A program made the position numbers and the translations under genes. Source: Cyanidioschyzon merolae (taxonomy: Eukaryota). From it: 64,000 nucleotides of DNA. Numbering within the stretch: the first letter of the stretch is position 1; each line of letters begins with the position of its first letter. The stretch lies in assembly GCA_000091205.1 (NCBI GenBank), contig AP006496.2. One strand, written 5' to 3'. The notes below the pieces were generated by a model. That model worked only from the letters and a program-made list of their open reading frames with translations. It was not told the DNA's origin and ran no database searches. This document shows positions 62,757 through 64,000 of the stretch, piece by piece.

Positions 62757-64000
62757 ATGCGCCCTGGGAAACGCTATCGACGGCGAACTGGGAACGGGAC
62801 ACGTGTCGGGATAGCGACCCCCGAGCCGGAGCAGCCTCCGGCATCGCGCGCCCTGCCAGAGCGGCTCGCGAAAGATGCCCATGACTCCGCAACGGATGAG
62901 GAAGTCTTCAGGCTGGCCCGAATGTATTATGCTCAGTTTCGAGGGATGCTAAGTCTCGCACTTCGAGAGGTATCGGAGTGCAACGCTGAACGGTGGAATC
63001 GACGCGAGAGGCTCACGAGTCGTCTCCGCTCGACCCTGGAGGGTGCCATCGCGCTTCTGGGAGAAGCGGGCACCGAAAGACTCGTGACTACCAATGACAT
63101 GAACGATCTGCTGAGCTGCCTCGCGGGGCTGCGTTTCCTCGACGAGCTGGAGGAGGTCCTCGAACTGATGGAGTCGCGAAATATTCCACGTGACAATCGC
63201 ACGTATACCCTCGTGCTAGACGCCCTCTGCAAGGCGAAGCGCATTGATACCGCCATCGATATATTTGAGAACTATGTGGTTCGTGGGGCCGCCCAGGATG
63301 GAGCACCCTGCGGCGGTCGGCATCAACGCGCTAGTCGAGTGCATCCTACCCTTGTGATGTACAATATACTTATTGGGGGCTGCGCACGGACCCTGCGTCT
63401 GGACAAGGCGTTTGAGTTTTTCGAACGCCTACAGAGTCCTCCTGACAACTTTTCGCCGGATACCCATACATACTGCGCTCTTCTGGATGCCTGCGCTAGG
63501 TGCAGTAACACGGAGCTCGCGCTGCACGTCTTTGAAGAAATCGAGCGCAAGGGCGAGCAGATAGACAGTGCGGTGTACGGAGCTCTGCTCGCGGCAGTTG
63601 CCCGCTCTGGAGACCGTCGCCTCGCGTTCGCTGTTCGCGGACTCATGCGACGCCGTGGCCTTGCTCCGACGACTGCGGTGTTTGCCAACTTGATGGAGCT
63701 CTGTGCGGCGGATGGGGACTATTTAAGCGGCTTTGCACTTCTCCGGGAGATGCGGGCCTGGGGTAGGGATCCCACGCATCCCATTTACGTGAATCTCATG
63801 AATGCCTGTGGACGCAGTGGCCAACCAGAGTACGCAATGGCGGTTCTGGACTTGATGAAGTCGAATGGCGTTGCTCCATCGGAGTCAGCGTACTGTGCTC
63901 TTATCGACGCCTGGGCGCGCATCAAGCGCCTTGATCGAGCGTTCGGAGTCTGGAGAGATATGCGAGCCGGCGGCTTTGAGCCGCGGCTGCGTACGGCGAG
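62757..64000 (+). CDS. Pentatricopeptide-repeat (PPR) protein, 5-prime partial. The ORF runs off the window end.
   Basis: The reading frame stays open from a TGA at about 62505 to the end of the window, so the ORF track cannot list it. The first in-frame ATG is at 62757 (MRPGKRYRRR...). There are at least six PPR-like 35-aa units, for example TYTLVLDALCKAKRIDTAIDIF, VMYNILIGGCARTLRLDKAFEFF, THTYCALLDACARCSNTELALHVF, AVYGALLAAVARSGDRRLAF, HPIYVNLMNACGRSGQPEYAMAVLDLM and SAYCALIDAWARIKRLDRAFGVW. The exact start is uncertain. Confidence 0.65.
   Translation, partial: MRPGKRYRRRTGNGTRVGIATPEPEQPPASRALPERLAKDAHDSATDEEVFRLARMYYAQFRGMLSLALREVSECNAERWNRRERLTSRLRSTLEGAIALLGEAGTERLVTTNDMNDLLSCLAGLRFLDELEEVLELMESRNIPRDNRTYTLVLDALCKAKRIDTAIDIFENYVVRGAAQDGAPCGGRHQRASRVHPTLVMYNILIGGCARTLRLDKAFEFFERLQSPPDNFSPDTHTYCALLDACARCSNTELALHVFEEIERKGEQIDSAVYGALLAAVARSGDRRLAFAVRGLMRRRGLAPTTAVFANLMELCAADGDYLSGFALLREMRAWGRDPTHPIYVNLMNACGRSGQPEYAMAVLDLMKSNGVAPSESAYCALIDAWARIKRLDRAFGVWRDMRAGGFEPRLRTA

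Noticed and set aside
62125-62814. Track ORF 62125..62814 (229 aa, TTG start)
   Set aside because: It has no ATG near its start and is in a different frame. It overlaps the in-frame upstream extension of the clearly real PPR ORF (first ATG at 62757), so it is probably spurious.

Overview
This window is nuclear DNA from a visibly GC-rich, intron-poor eukaryote that carries a plastid. The gene set is eukaryote-specific: DNA polymerase delta, eIF2-alpha, proteasome alpha-6, OTU1/YOD1, a formin, a PPR protein, COX19 and a mitochondrial Rieske protein. Plastid-type functions are also present: a homogentisate prenyltransferase and a Rubisco-LSMT-like SET protein. Several long proteins (1084, 916 and 622 aa) are each a single uninterrupted ORF. 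The supplied ORF track allows TTG and GTG starts, so I moved CDS starts to the first in-frame ATG wherever I checked. Compact housekeeping gene clusters, with stop codons of convergent genes 5 to 30 bp apart and divergent ATGs 40 to 100 bp apart, alternate with 2 to 4 kb intergenic stretches. The main discovery is in those stretches. They carry at least seven decayed copies of a eukaryotic TnpB-like (Fanzor-like) RNA-guided-nuclease transposon family. Two are long, roughly 2.2 kb paralogs (37090-39320 and 59440-61620). They show a recognisable RuvC-I motif (DPGNTNIITIA), a RuvC-II-like block (IDEFRTTYV) and a RuvC-III motif (NRDFNAATNI), but have frameshifts. Each has lost a different catalytic aspartate. 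Five are short, internally deleted derivatives. All seven share a nucleotide-conserved 3-prime tail ending in TTCTGAAATAGG, which is where an omegaRNA scaffold or right end would be expected. The window also holds several minisatellites (82, 93, ~96, ~55 and ~60 bp units), a GACGC microsatellite and a proline-coding hexanucleotide array in the formin FH1 region.
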